NCBI GenBank assembly: GCA_001784115.1
Contig: MFPD01000020.1
Span: forward strand, 1 to 59,888
Length of the DNA: 59,888 nt
Reading direction: 5' to 3'
Source of the DNA: Candidatus Levybacteria bacterium RIFCSPLOWO2_02_FULL_37_18
Lineage (GTDB): Bacteria > Patescibacteriota > Microgenomatia > Levybacterales > UBA12049
A model generated the notes under the pieces. It made no database searches and had not been told where the DNA came from. It saw nothing but the letters and a program-made list of their open reading frames with translations. The translations under genes and the position numbers were made by a program. Shown in pieces: positions 1-8,756 of this stretch (the stretch's first letter is position 1; every line of letters starts with the position of its first letter).

Positions 1-80
1 TAATTGACTTGAATAGACAATCGTAATTGCCGACACGATCCATTATATCTCGTCCCGTAAATGCATAATACCCTAAATTA

Positions 81-108
81 ATTGTAGATCGTAATAATGA
101 TTTGTCAA
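81..108 (-). promoter_or_regulatory. Putative divergent sigma70 promoter for a gene lying mostly left of the window
   Basis: Minus strand reads TTGACA (108-103), 16-nt spacer, TACAAT (86-81). A possible ATG at 43-41 opens a frame that runs off the window. Confidence 0.45.
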
Positions 109-125
109 CCCCGATTAATTCTTAC

Positions 126-154
126 TTGACAATTAGCAGAGTTTTTGGTAGAGT
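126..154 (+). promoter_or_regulatory. sigma70 promoter of lon
   Basis: TTGACA at 126-131, 17-nt spacer, TAGAGT at 149-154 preceded by TG at 146-147 (extended -10). Confidence 0.7.
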
Positions 155-159
155 GCTAA
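133..159 (+). promoter_or_regulatory. CIRCE element (HrcA operator)
   Basis: TTAGCAGAG-N9-GAGTGCTAA against consensus TTAGCACTC-N9-GAGTGCTAA. The right arm is perfect, the left arm matches 6/9, the spacer is exactly 9 nt, and it overlaps the promoter of a heat-shock protease. Confidence 0.8.
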
Positions 160-177
160 TGTAGTTGAAGAAACGTT

Positions 178-2544
178 ATGGAAAAAGTAGTACCTATTAT
201 ACCTATTCGAGATGGAATAATTTTTCCCAATACAGATTCGGTTTTGACCTTTGGCAGGCCTAAAAGTTTGGCAGCTTTAGAAGCATCTTTTAAACACGAG
301 CGGATTGTTTGTTTTGTATTACAAAAAAATTCAAGGCTTAATGATCCTACGCCAAATGATTTATATGAAGTTGGAACGCTTTCCCGTATCGAGCGGATGA
401 TTCGGACAGATGGAGAAATTAACGCCCAAGTCAGAGGAGTTTCAAGAGTAAAAATTCTATCTTATGAAGAACATGGCTCGTACTTGCTGGCTAAAGTTGT
501 TGAGCTTGAAGAGACTTCTGTAAATACTCCGGAAATAAAAGCGCTTTGTAACCATTTAACCAATGAATTCAGACGAGCAATGAATTTGGGTAAGGCAGCA
601 GACTTTCTGGTTTTTATGAATATAATGTCTGAGACATCGTCATCCGAACTCTCTGATTTAATCGCCTCGGTTTTGGATTTAAAGCCTTCCGAAAGACAAG
701 AACTTTTAGAAATTACCGATGTAAAAATAAGACTTGAAAAAATTACCGAACTTTTAGCTCGGGAAATTAAAATATTGGAAATCGAGAGAAGAATCGCTTC
801 AAAAACCCAAGAGCGGTTTGAAAAAGGAGCCAGGGAGGCAATGCTTAGGGAAAGACTTAAGACTATAGAGAAGGAATTGGGAGAAGACGAGGGAAACGAG
901 ACTAAATATCTTATGGATAAGGTCAAAAAGGCCGGAATGCCTGAGGATGTTGAGGAAAAAGTTAGAAAAGAGATTAAAAAATTAAGTCAAATGAACCAAT
1001 TCAACCCCGAAGCAGGCTACATTCGAAACTACATAGACTGGCTTCTTTCGCTTCCCTGGAGTACAAAAAGTAAGAGCAATGTCGACGTTTCCACTGCGGA
1101 AAAAATTTTAGAAGAAGATCACTTCGGCCTTAAAAAAGCTAAAGAAAGAATTGTCGAATATTTGGCAGTCCAAAAGTTAGCCGGTAAGATAAAGGGGCCG
1201 ATTCTCTGTTTTGCCGGGCCTCCAGGAGTTGGTAAAACTTCGATCGGAAAATCGATTGCCAGAGCACTGGACAGAAAATTTGTGAGAGTTTCATTGGGAG
1301 GAATTCGGGACGAAGCCGAAATCCGGGGGCATAGAAGAACGTATGTAGGTGCTTTGCCGGGTAGAATTATTCAAGGTGTAAAAGATGCAGGAACCAAAAA
1401 TCCTGTATTTATGCTTGATGAAATCGACAAAGTTGGTACAGATTTTCGAGGAGATCCTTCTTCGGCACTATTGGAAGCACTAGATCCGGAGCAAAACAAC
1501 CAGTTTTCAGACCATTACCTGGAAGTTCCTTTTGATCTGTCGGATGTATTATTTATTGCAACGGCAAATATATTAGATACGATTCCTCCGGCTCTTAGAG
1601 ATAGGCTTGAGATCATTCTGTTTGCAGGATATACCCATGATGAGAAATTTAGAATTGCCAAAGACTTTTTGCTTAAAAAACAAATGGGAAGCCATGGATT
1701 GACTTCTGAAATAGTAGAAATAACCGATAACGCATTAAAGTTTATTACCCAGCATTACACAAGAGAAGCTGGAGTTAGAAATTTAGAGAGACAAATTGCT
1801 GCAATTTTTAGAAAAGTGGCAAAAGTAATTGCAGAAGGGAAAAAACAGAAAATTGTGGTAACCCCTTCCAATGTGTCTAAATATTTAGGTCCGATTAAAT
1901 TTAGATCAACCTTGGTTGAAAAGAAGGATGAAATAGGTATGTCAACAGGGCTTGCCTGGACAGAAGCAGGCGGAGATATATTATTTATAGAAGTTGCTTT
2001 AATGCCCGGAAAAGGAAGTTTGTTGCTGACAGGACAACTGGGAGAAGTGATGAAAGAATCCTGTCAAGCAGCAATGTCTTATATTCGCGCACGGGCAATA
2101 AATCTTGGTTTGCCTGAAAAATTCTATCAAAAATTGGATGTACACGTGCACGTTCCCGAAGGCGCGGTACCAAAAGATGGTCCTTCGGCTGGAATTGCGA
2201 TTACAACAGCAATTATTTCTGCGTTGACAAAAATTCCCGTAAACAGAAAGGTTGGAATGACAGGAGAAATCACCCTTCGGGGAAGGGTTCTGGAAATCGG
2301 AGGAATTAAAGAAAAAGTTATTGCAGCACATCGGTCAGGACTTAAGACAATACTATTGCCCAAGGAAAACAAAAAAGATTTGGAAGATATTCCCAAAGAG
2401 GTAATAAGAGATCTTGCCTTTGTATTTGTGTCCCATATGGATGAAGTATTAGACGTTGCTTTGTCAAAGCAACTGCATAAAGAAAGAAGAGTAGAAGGTC
2501 AACGGTCTGTTTTACACGCTCCAGCTCCTTATAAAGTTGACTAA
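178..2544 (+). CDS. lon: ATP-dependent protease La (LonA)
   Basis: N-terminal LON domain, Walker [22 protein letters not shown], Walker B LDEIDK, catalytic PKDGPSAG and GGIKEK; 788 aa. Confidence 0.98.
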   Translation: MEKVVPIIPIRDGIIFPNTDSVLTFGRPKSLAALEASFKHERIVCFVLQKNSRLNDPTPNDLYEVGTLSRIERMIRTDGEINAQVRGVSRVKILSYEEHGSYLLAKVVELEETSVNTPEIKALCNHLTNEFRRAMNLGKAADFLVFMNIMSETSSSELSDLIASVLDLKPSERQELLEITDVKIRLEKITELLAREIKILEIERRIASKTQERFEKGAREAMLRERLKTIEKELGEDEGNETKYLMDKVKKAGMPEDVEEKVRKEIKKLSQMNQFNPEAGYIRNYIDWLLSLPWSTKSKSNVDVSTAEKILEEDHFGLKKAKERIVEYLAVQKLAGKIKGPILCFAGPPGVGKTSIGKSIARALDRKFVRVSLGGIRDEAEIRGHRRTYVGALPGRIIQGVKDAGTKNPVFMLDEIDKVGTDFRGDPSSALLEALDPEQNNQFSDHYLEVPFDLSDVLFIATANILDTIPPALRDRLEIILFAGYTHDEKFRIAKDFLLKKQMGSHGLTSEIVEITDNALKFITQHYTREAGVRNLERQIAAIFRKVAKVIAEGKKQKIVVTPSNVSKYLGPIKFRSTLVEKKDEIGMSTGLAWTEAGGDILFIEVALMPGKGSLLLTGQLGEVMKESCQAAMSYIRARAINLGLPEKFYQKLDVHVHVPEGAVPKDGPSAGIAITTAIISALTKIPVNRKVGMTGEITLRGRVLEIGGIKEKVIAAHRSGLKTILLPKENKKDLEDIPKEVIRDLAFVFVSHMDEVLDVALSKQLHKERRVEGQRSVLHAPAPYKVD

Positions 2545-2553
2545 ATTCCCATC

Positions 2554-2581
2554 TTGATATTAGAGTTTGTTTTGTTATAAT
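2554..2581 (+). promoter_or_regulatory. sigma70 promoter of the transporter gene
   Basis: TTGATA at 2554-2559, 16-nt spacer, TG-T-TATAAT (TATAAT at 2576-2581); ATG 9 nt downstream. Confidence 0.6.
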
Positions 2582-2590
2582 GCCCTTATT

Positions 2591-3244
2591 ATGTTTTCTG
2601 TAAGAAAGCTGGATTTATTAATTTCTATTTATATTTTCTGCATAATTGCAGCCGAACTTATGGGAGGAAAAACATTTCCTCTGGCAAACATTTGGGGATA
2701 TAAACTAAATGCAAGTGTTGCAATTTTTTTACTTCCTATTCTTTTTACAATTAATGATATGGTAACGGAAGTATTTGGAAAAGAGAGAACAAAAAGTATT
2801 ATCCGAAGCGGACTTCTAATAGTTTTCCTGAGTTTCCTAGCTTCTATTGCTTTTACCCAATTGCCGCCGTCACCAAGATTTCTTAAAACAGAAGCTTCAT
2901 ACGATCAAATCTTTGGACTCTCGGCTCGCATCTCTGCTGCAAGCTTAATTGCCTTTGCAATCGCAGAATTTGCCGATGTTATACTATTTGTTCGAATTAG
3001 AAAAGCATTGGGTAAAAAAGCATTATGGCTTCGAAATAATCTTTCTAACTTCGTCGCACAGTTTTTGGATACTGTTATTTTTATGACGCTTGCGTTTTAT
3101 GCATTAGATCGAGGTGTTGCAGACAATGTTTCGTTTCTCACAAGTCTTATTATCACATATTGGTTGCTTAAGTGTTTTATGTCTGTTATCGAAACACCCT
3201 TAGTATATTTGGGAGTCAACTGGCTTAAGAGTGAAAAAGAATAA
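2591..3244 (+). CDS. yhhQ: Queuosine precursor transporter (YhhQ / VUT family)
   Basis: About 6 TM helices; motifs P.LF.INDMVTEVFG, RISAASLIAF, LWLRNNLSNFVAQFLDTVIF. Start moved from the TTG at 2567 to the ATG at 2591, downstream of the promoter. Confidence 0.85.
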   Translation: MFSVRKLDLLISIYIFCIIAAELMGGKTFPLANIWGYKLNASVAIFLLPILFTINDMVTEVFGKERTKSIIRSGLLIVFLSFLASIAFTQLPPSPRFLKTEASYDQIFGLSARISAASLIAFAIAEFADVILFVRIRKALGKKALWLRNNLSNFVAQFLDTVIFMTLAFYALDRGVADNVSFLTSLIITYWLLKCFMSVIETPLVYLGVNWLKSEKE

Positions 3245-3255
3245 TTTCGAAAAAC

Positions 3256-3334
3256 GTCATTGCGAGGAACGTTAGTGACGAAGCAATCTAATTTGAGATT
3301 GCTTCTCCTTCAGTTTCTTCAGGATCGCAATGAC
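3256..3334. repeat. REP/RPE-like palindromic element (GTCAT...ATGAC type)
   Basis: Outer arms GTCATTGCGA / TCGCAATGAC and inner arms GAAGCAATCT / AGATTGCTTC; intergenic. Confidence 0.8.
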
Positions 3335-3345
3335 AACATTAACCA

Positions 3346-3996
3346 ATGATATACCAAAACCTCAAATTTACCGTTCTTTCGGATCGGCCGTATTTTATAA
3401 CTAATTTTATCTCAACTGTTGATGGGAAAGTAAAAGTTTTAAAACCTGGCTACTGGCCGATTGGGAGTTTACTAGATTTTGAAACTTTTACATATTTACG
3501 GGCACATGCGGATGTAATTGTAGATGGGAAAAATACTGCACTTGAATTTGGAAAAGCAACTATAGAAACAATTCATAGCGAATCGTTTAGAAATTTAAGA
3601 AAAGAATTAGGGAAAGAGGGAAATCCGAAATATTTTATTCTCACGGAGAATTCAAATGAACAGCTAGAAAGAGTTTTAGAAAATTCATTCGGATATAAAT
3701 CAACTATTTTTTCCGGATCAATAAGCGACTTAGCTCAGAAATTACATAAAGATAACATGAATGTTGTGTTTGTTGACGGAGGACCAAAACTACTTGGATC
3801 TTTTTTCAAAGAAGACCTCATTGACGAGGTATTCTTAACAATTTCACCGAAGATTTTTGGAAACGCACAAAATCAAACATTAACCATGATGGAAGGAACT
3901 CTTCTCCCTCCCGAAAAAATCAAAAATTTAGAACTTTTATCAATGCAAGCGTTTGATAGCGAGATATACTTGAGGTATAAACTGAAGAATGTATAA
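3346..3996 (+). CDS. RibD C-terminal domain / dihydrofolate-reductase-like oxidoreductase
   Basis: RPY..NFISTVDGK, LRAHADVIVDG, VDGGPKLLGSF..EDLIDEVFLTISPKIFG, EIYLRY. Confidence 0.85.
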   Translation: MIYQNLKFTVLSDRPYFITNFISTVDGKVKVLKPGYWPIGSLLDFETFTYLRAHADVIVDGKNTALEFGKATIETIHSESFRNLRKELGKEGNPKYFILTENSNEQLERVLENSFGYKSTIFSGSISDLAQKLHKDNMNVVFVDGGPKLLGSFFKEDLIDEVFLTISPKIFGNAQNQTLTMMEGTLLPPEKIKNLELLSMQAFDSEIYLRYKLKNV

Positions 3997-3997
3997 T

Positions 3998-4100
3998 TCA
4001 CCTGGGAGGTGATTTAGCTAGGACACCTAGGGATTTCTTGAGATCCCGCTAGCACCTTAAACCCGCTTCGCCCGCTCAGCGAGGCGAGCAGGCTGCGGGA
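3998..4100. repeat. Cluster of GC-rich hairpins between convergent genes (REP-like, possible bidirectional terminator)
   Basis: TCACCT-GGG-AGGTGA at 3998-4012. TCCCGCTAGC (4044-4053) can pair with GCTGCGGGA (4092-4100) and encloses CCGCTTCGCC...GGCGAGCAGG. Confidence 0.55.
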
Positions 4101-4187
4101 ATTCTCCGAATTATTCCTTCAGGACGGCCTAAGCTCTGAATTTGCTTATCAATTTGGCTTAAGAGATATATAAGTAAAGTACAATAG

Positions 4188-5222
4188 CTATTTTTCTCTT
4201 AAGATATAATAAGTTGCTTTGCCTTTACCTTTTCTGCTAATTAGACCTAAGTCTATTAATTTTCTAAAATCCAGTGCTCTTGTTGCTTTTGCCCGGTCAA
4301 CTAACTTTACATAGTCACGATCAGATATAAATCCTTTCTCATTAATAAACTCAAGTATCTTTAGGTGGTAAGATTCCAATTTAGTCTCTGGACTCATTCC
4401 AAACTCCGGAAGTAATTTTTGTACTCTTAAAAGTTCATCAATAATTCCTTCTGTAAAATATTCCAGCCAAGAAGTAAAATCGACTTTATCAACCAAATCA
4501 TAATAATTACCAAATTCTCCTACAGTTTGAAAATATCTAGTAACATTTTTATTATAGTAATTCTCAAAACTAAAAAGGTTAAAAGTATTTAATCCCATTT
4601 CAGCAAGTAATATTTTTGTAGCAAGGCGTGTAGTTCTTCCATTCCCATCCATAAAGGGGTGGATTATAACCACTTGTTTATGAAAAATACCGGCTAAAAT
4701 AAGCGAATCAATTTCATTTCGGTTACTATTTATAAACTCAATTAGACCCTCTATTAGTGTCCTTACGTCTTTTGCATCAGGAGGTAAATATATAACTTTT
4801 TTAGTCCTCGGATCGTTAACAACCACTGGTTTCTCCCGCAATTTTCCAGATTCAAATTTAGGTAATAACCCCTCTGTAATTTGTTTTTGGATTTTGAGGA
4901 TAAGATCGAGTGACAACCTTACTCTGTCTTCTCCGAGCTTACTGTTTAAATCCTGGAGTGCTTGATTGTAATTTAAAACTTCTCTTTCGCTATCTCTGAT
5001 ATGTGCAGGTTTTGATTTGAGAATCCTTTTTACTTCAGTTAAAGGAAGTGGATTGCCTTCAATACTGATTGAAGCATAGGTAGAGACAGCTCTAGCTACT
5101 TTTTCAAGTTCTACTAAGACAACATGGGGAAATCGTCTATGATTTAACTCATTTACTAGAGCATTAACTCTTTTAATGTTCGCCAGGAGACGATCCGTAA
5201 TTGTATATCGAGGATTAAACAT
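4188..5222 (-). CDS. Fic family protein (class II) with a probable C-terminal winged-helix domain
   Basis: Canonical HPFMDGNGRTTR motif; N-terminal inhibitory motif SISIEGN; C-terminal ATRALDFRKLIDLGLISRKGKGKATYY. Confidence 0.93.
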   Translation of the reverse strand: MFNPRYTITDRLLANIKRVNALVNELNHRRFPHVVLVELEKVARAVSTYASISIEGNPLPLTEVKRILKSKPAHIRDSEREVLNYNQALQDLNSKLGEDRVRLSLDLILKIQKQITEGLLPKFESGKLREKPVVVNDPRTKKVIYLPPDAKDVRTLIEGLIEFINSNRNEIDSLILAGIFHKQVVIIHPFMDGNGRTTRLATKILLAEMGLNTFNLFSFENYYNKNVTRYFQTVGEFGNYYDLVDKVDFTSWLEYFTEGIIDELLRVQKLLPEFGMSPETKLESYHLKILEFINEKGFISDRDYVKLVDRAKATRALDFRKLIDLGLISRKGKGKATYYILREK

Positions 5223-5300
5223 ACTGTGCCCGCCGCTTCAAGCGCTCTTTGTAGCGTGTATGAATAATACTAAAAAGCTACAAAGTAAGCTTAGGAGGGT

Positions 5301-5335
5301 AATCGTATTATAGACGATTATTAGACGATTCGCAA
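5301..5335 (-). promoter_or_regulatory. sigma70 promoter of the Fic gene with overlapping repeated operator-like boxes
   Basis: Minus strand TTGCGA (5335-5330), N17, TATAAT (5312-5307). TAGACGATT is repeated at 5311-5319 and 5322-5330, with an inverted half AATCGT at 5301-5306. Confidence 0.65.
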
Positions 5336-5489
5336 GGAGTAAAAAATCGATCCTTATGGCCTAGATGAATCATTAAATCTGATGTCAACATTCGCTCCCT
5401 AACAGTAAGGTACTTTCACCACAAGGATCATTCGGTGGGAATATTATAACAAAACTTTGAAGAATTTACATAATAAAACTTAGAGCTAT

Positions 5490-6419
5490 CTATAATTCAG
5501 CGTAGAAATTTGTTGGGTACGCTTCTGTCACTTTTTCCCAATCTGCTCGGTTGCCCATTACTTTCTGTAACTTTTCATAATCTATTTGAAGCGGTGCTTG
5601 AACAATTTTCTTTTTTCTACCACCAAGAGATTCCTGACGAAATGTTAATTGATTCCCAACTCTACTTATCGTAAATCTTTTTTCATCATATAAAAATGGC
5701 TCTTCCCAATCAGCTTTTAATGCATCTCGTGTTTTGTCCTCTTTCTTTATCCATGAATCTTTCATTTTAATTTCACCGGATGTTACTCTTTTCATTTCTG
5801 CTAGAAATTCTTGCAAACCTCTGCTGGATTTAACCTGCTCTACAACAACCCATTTGCCATTTTTAAAAACAAATTGCGTGGGATCAAATTCTGACAGCCC
5901 TCTTAAATCTCTCAATCGTTTACCATATGCATCATAAGTAGGACATAATTGCTCCATATCAGGAAAAGCCTCTACTGGTATATTACCTGCTCCATATTTT
6001 GCGTATAACTCGTCAAGTGCTTCGTGATGGCGTTCTAATTCTTCCTCAATAATTGCTCGATCTTCGTCTGTCGGCGCGTCTTTCCAAAAAGCATATTCTG
6101 CAAAATAAAATGGTGCAGGATGAATACGAATTGGTGACCCCGCTTTGTCGTAGGATATTGATCCAAAATGAGTCATTCTATTTTCAGCGGTTACCAAAAA
6201 TTCGTCCCTTCGGAAAACATACTGTCTTTCAAAGCCATTGGGATAAGAAAATAAAATAGATATTTCTCTAACTTCTCCTTTCGGTGAAATAGAGAAAAAT
6301 TGCTCTGTCGTCCCATCATTAAAGGGTTTCGTTGAAGTAATCATGGTTGAACCATCAACATCTTTATCGCGATGTCGCTCATAAGGTAATGTAGTACGAT
6401 AATCGAATCTTTCCGTCAT
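5490..6419 (-). CDS. Hypothetical soluble protein
   Basis: 309-aa open frame with ATG start, charged composition and no competing long ORF; no motif recognised. Confidence 0.75.
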   Translation of the reverse strand: MTERFDYRTTLPYERHRDKDVDGSTMITSTKPFNDGTTEQFFSISPKGEVREISILFSYPNGFERQYVFRRDEFLVTAENRMTHFGSISYDKAGSPIRIHPAPFYFAEYAFWKDAPTDEDRAIIEEELERHHEALDELYAKYGAGNIPVEAFPDMEQLCPTYDAYGKRLRDLRGLSEFDPTQFVFKNGKWVVVEQVKSSRGLQEFLAEMKRVTSGEIKMKDSWIKKEDKTRDALKADWEEPFLYDEKRFTISRVGNQLTFRQESLGGRKKKIVQAPLQIDYEKLQKVMGNRADWEKVTEAYPTNFYAEL

Positions 6420-6498
6420 ATTAGGGGTATTTTATTGGAGATTGCATTATGAATCTATTGTTAATTTCTTTCATCTATTTTTAACAATTGTTAACTTG

Positions 6499-6570
6499 TG
6501 ACCCCTAGGGGAATCGAACCCCTGTTGCCGGGATGAGAACCCGACGTCCTAACCGTTAGACGAAGGGGCC
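6499..6570 (-). tRNA. tRNA-Glu (anticodon CTC), CCA not encoded
   Basis: Reverse complement GGCCCCTTCGTCTAACGGTTAGGACGTCGGGTTCTCATCCCGGCAACAGGGGTTCGATTCCCCTAGGGGTCA. Acceptor stem GGCCCCT/AGGGGTC, anticodon loop TTCTCAT, T-loop GTTCGAT; followed by CAA rather than CCA. Confidence 0.97.
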
Positions 6571-6653
6571 AGTATTTATATTCTATCTCAATTTCAGGTT
6601 CAATAGCAACTTAGGTTGCTTTTCGTAACTGTTCACGCTTCTGACACGATCTC

Positions 6654-6719
6654 GTCATCCTGAGCGTAATAAAGGATCTATTCTGTAAAAGATTCTTCTG
6701 CTTTCAGTCTCAGAATGAC
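6654..6719. repeat. REP/RPE-like palindromic element (GTCAT...ATGAC type), second variant
   Basis: Outer arms GTCATCCTGAG / CTCAGAATGAC and inner arms AAGGATCT / AGATTCTT; same architecture as 3256-3334. Confidence 0.75.
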
Positions 6720-6756
6720 AGTTTTATGTTAGAACTGTGACCTGTTACAGGGTTGT

Positions 6757-6785
6757 TTGTTCAAAGTATTTATTTCTTGTATAAT
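6757..6785 (+). promoter_or_regulatory. Promoter heading the glycosylation array (probably leaderless)
   Basis: TTGTTC at 6757-6762, N17, TATAAT at 6780-6785; in-frame GTG 6 nt downstream at 6792. Confidence 0.6.
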
Positions 6786-6791
6786 CTTTGT

Positions 6792-7547
6792 GTGAGTAAG
6801 CTATTTCTTTCTGTAGTTATTCCTTGCTTTGATGAGATGGTTAATCTTCAGAAAGGAGTACTTTATAAAGTTCGAGATTATCTTGAAGAGCAAAAATATG
6901 ACTACGAAGTTATTGTAGCAGATGACGGCTCAACTGACGGAAGTGTTGAATTTATAAAGGAATTTATTAAGAAAAATCCTTCGTTTCGAGTGATGGAAAA
7001 TACTCATCTGGGAAAAGCAGGCGCTGTCACAAAAGGTGTTTTAGAAGCAGCAGGAGAAATCATTTTATTCACCGACATGGATCAGGCAACCCCAATTGAA
7101 GAATTAGGTAAATTACTTCCTTCTTTTAAAGAGGGATATGATGTGGTAATTGGTTCAAGAAGCAGTCGTCGAAAAAATTCTCCTTGGACTCGAATTGTTA
7201 TGGCGCGAAGTATGATCATATTAAGATCACTTATAGTTGGACTTAAAGGAATTTCTGATACTCAGTGCGGTTTCAAAGCATTTAAAAATGGAGCAGCAAA
7301 AAAAATATTTATTAAAATAAACAATATGCATAACGGTTTTAGACAGATTACGGGATCTGCGGTTACGGCAGGTTTCGATGTAGAGCTTTTATTTATTGCA
7401 TTAAAAATGGGGTATAACATAAAAGAAGTACCGGTTAATTGGCTCTATGTTGAATCAAGACGCGTAAGTCCTGTTAAAGATTCGATAGAAGGATTAATAG
7501 AACTTGTGAGAATTCGAATGAATATTAATAAGGGAATGTACGACTAA
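6792..7547 (+). CDS. GT2, dolichyl/polyprenyl-phosphate beta-glucosyltransferase-like (Alg5/DPG type)
   Basis: SVVIPCFDE, DDGSTDGS, GKAGAV, FTDMDQATP, DTQCGFKAF, GFDVELL. Start placed at GTG 6792. Confidence 0.85.
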   Translation: MSKLFLSVVIPCFDEMVNLQKGVLYKVRDYLEEQKYDYEVIVADDGSTDGSVEFIKEFIKKNPSFRVMENTHLGKAGAVTKGVLEAAGEIILFTDMDQATPIEELGKLLPSFKEGYDVVIGSRSSRRKNSPWTRIVMARSMIILRSLIVGLKGISDTQCGFKAFKNGAAKKIFIKINNMHNGFRQITGSAVTAGFDVELLFIALKMGYNIKEVPVNWLYVESRRVSPVKDSIEGLIELVRIRMNINKGMYD

Positions 7548-7562
7548 GAACTAAAAACTCAA

Positions 7563-8756
7563 ATGGCAAAACTCAAAACTATAGTTCAAAGTTCGAAACT
7601 TATAGCAACTGGATACATATTCACAATTATTCTTTTGTTTTTTTACTCATTTACTCAGGTGGATTTGGGATTAACACTTACCCGTCATCCGGTATTCTTG
7701 CCGTATCAAAAGTTTTTTCAATACATTGGCTATTTTAACAGACCGCTTTCCACATATCTTTTCGTAGTCATATTTTTTTTTCTATTAGTTTTTTATTTTT
7801 TAATACTTAGATTTACCTATCAAAAGAAAGTTATGAGTTCACTGTTTTGGAAAATAATTCTTTTAACATCAGCGATTCTTTTATTTTCTTATAACGCATT
7901 CTCCTATGATTTATTTAATTATATTTTTGACGCAAAGATAATAACTTATTATGGGCAAAATCCATATCAACACAAGGCGTTAGATTATCCTCAGGATCCA
8001 ATGCTTTCGTTTATGCACTGGACCCATAGGTTGTATCCATACGGCCCGATATGGCTTCTCATAACGGTTCCATTTTCATATATTGGCTTACAATTTTTTC
8101 TTCCAACTTTTTTATTGTTTAAGCTATTAATAATCGGAAGCTTTATAGGAACAGTTCATTATATTGAAAAGATTTCACAAAAATTATTTCCTTCTGATTC
8201 TATGTTTAATACAATATTTTTTGCATTAAATCCCCTTGTAATAATTGAATCTTTAGTATCTGCTCATAACGATATTGTTATGATGTTTTTTGCAATGATG
8301 GCAACATACTTACTGATTGAAAAAAAATACGCTTTGTCATTTTTAGTTCTTTTGTTATCGGTAGGGATTAAATTTTCGACCCTATTTCTTGTTCCCATTT
8401 TTCTCTATGTATTAATTTTGAACTACAAAAAAAAATCTGTAGATTGGGAGAGAATTTTTTTACTGGAAAGTATTGTTATGATTATTGCGGTTATTTTTTC
8501 TTCAGCCAGAACCGAGCTTCAGCCGTGGTATTTTTTATGGGTCGTTCCATTTGCGGCCTTTATTTCTCGGAAAAAGTTACTATTTATACCTACGTCAATT
8601 TTCTCATTTATTTTACTGGCATATTATGTACCTTTTCTTTATTCGGGCAACTGGGATCCACCAATTCCCTCGATTAAAAACTGGTTGTTAATTTTTGGCA
8701 TGCTGTTTTCTGGTTATCTGATAATTTTTCCAAGAACGAAAAAAGAAAAAGTATGA
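7563..8756 (+). CDS. GT-C membrane glycosyltransferase, MptA/MptB-like polyprenol-P-mannose-dependent type
   Basis: Polytopic; FSYDLFNY, NPY, YPYGPIW, LNPLVIIE...SAHND, QPWYFLW. Confidence 0.7.
   Translation: MAKLKTIVQSSKLIATGYIFTIILLFFYSFTQVDLGLTLTRHPVFLPYQKFFQYIGYFNRPLSTYLFVVIFFFLLVFYFLILRFTYQKKVMSSLFWKIILLTSAILLFSYNAFSYDLFNYIFDAKIITYYGQNPYQHKALDYPQDPMLSFMHWTHRLYPYGPIWLLITVPFSYIGLQFFLPTFLLFKLLIIGSFIGTVHYIEKISQKLFPSDSMFNTIFFALNPLVIIESLVSAHNDIVMMFFAMMATYLLIEKKYALSFLVLLLSVGIKFSTLFLVPIFLYVLILNYKKKSVDWERIFLLESIVMIIAVIFSSARTELQPWYFLWVVPFAAFISRKKLLFIPTSIFSFILLAYYVPFLYSGNWDPPIPSIKNWLLIFGMLFSGYLIIFPRTKKEKV

Noticed and set aside
2545-2590. preQ1 riboswitch upstream of the queuosine-precursor transporter
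   Set aside because: The gap is filled by promoter elements and the -10 lies 9 nt from the ATG, leaving no room; no preQ1 stem or A-rich tail is visible.
6481-6494. Perfect 14-bp palindrome TTAACAATTGTTAA just 3' of the tRNA
   Set aside because: It is nearly all A/T, seen once, and cannot be tied to a regulator or terminator.
6605-6624. Hairpin AGCAAC-TTAG-GTTGCT-TTTC as a terminator
   Set aside because: It lies between divergent promoters with no plus-strand gene upstream to terminate, so its function is unsupported.
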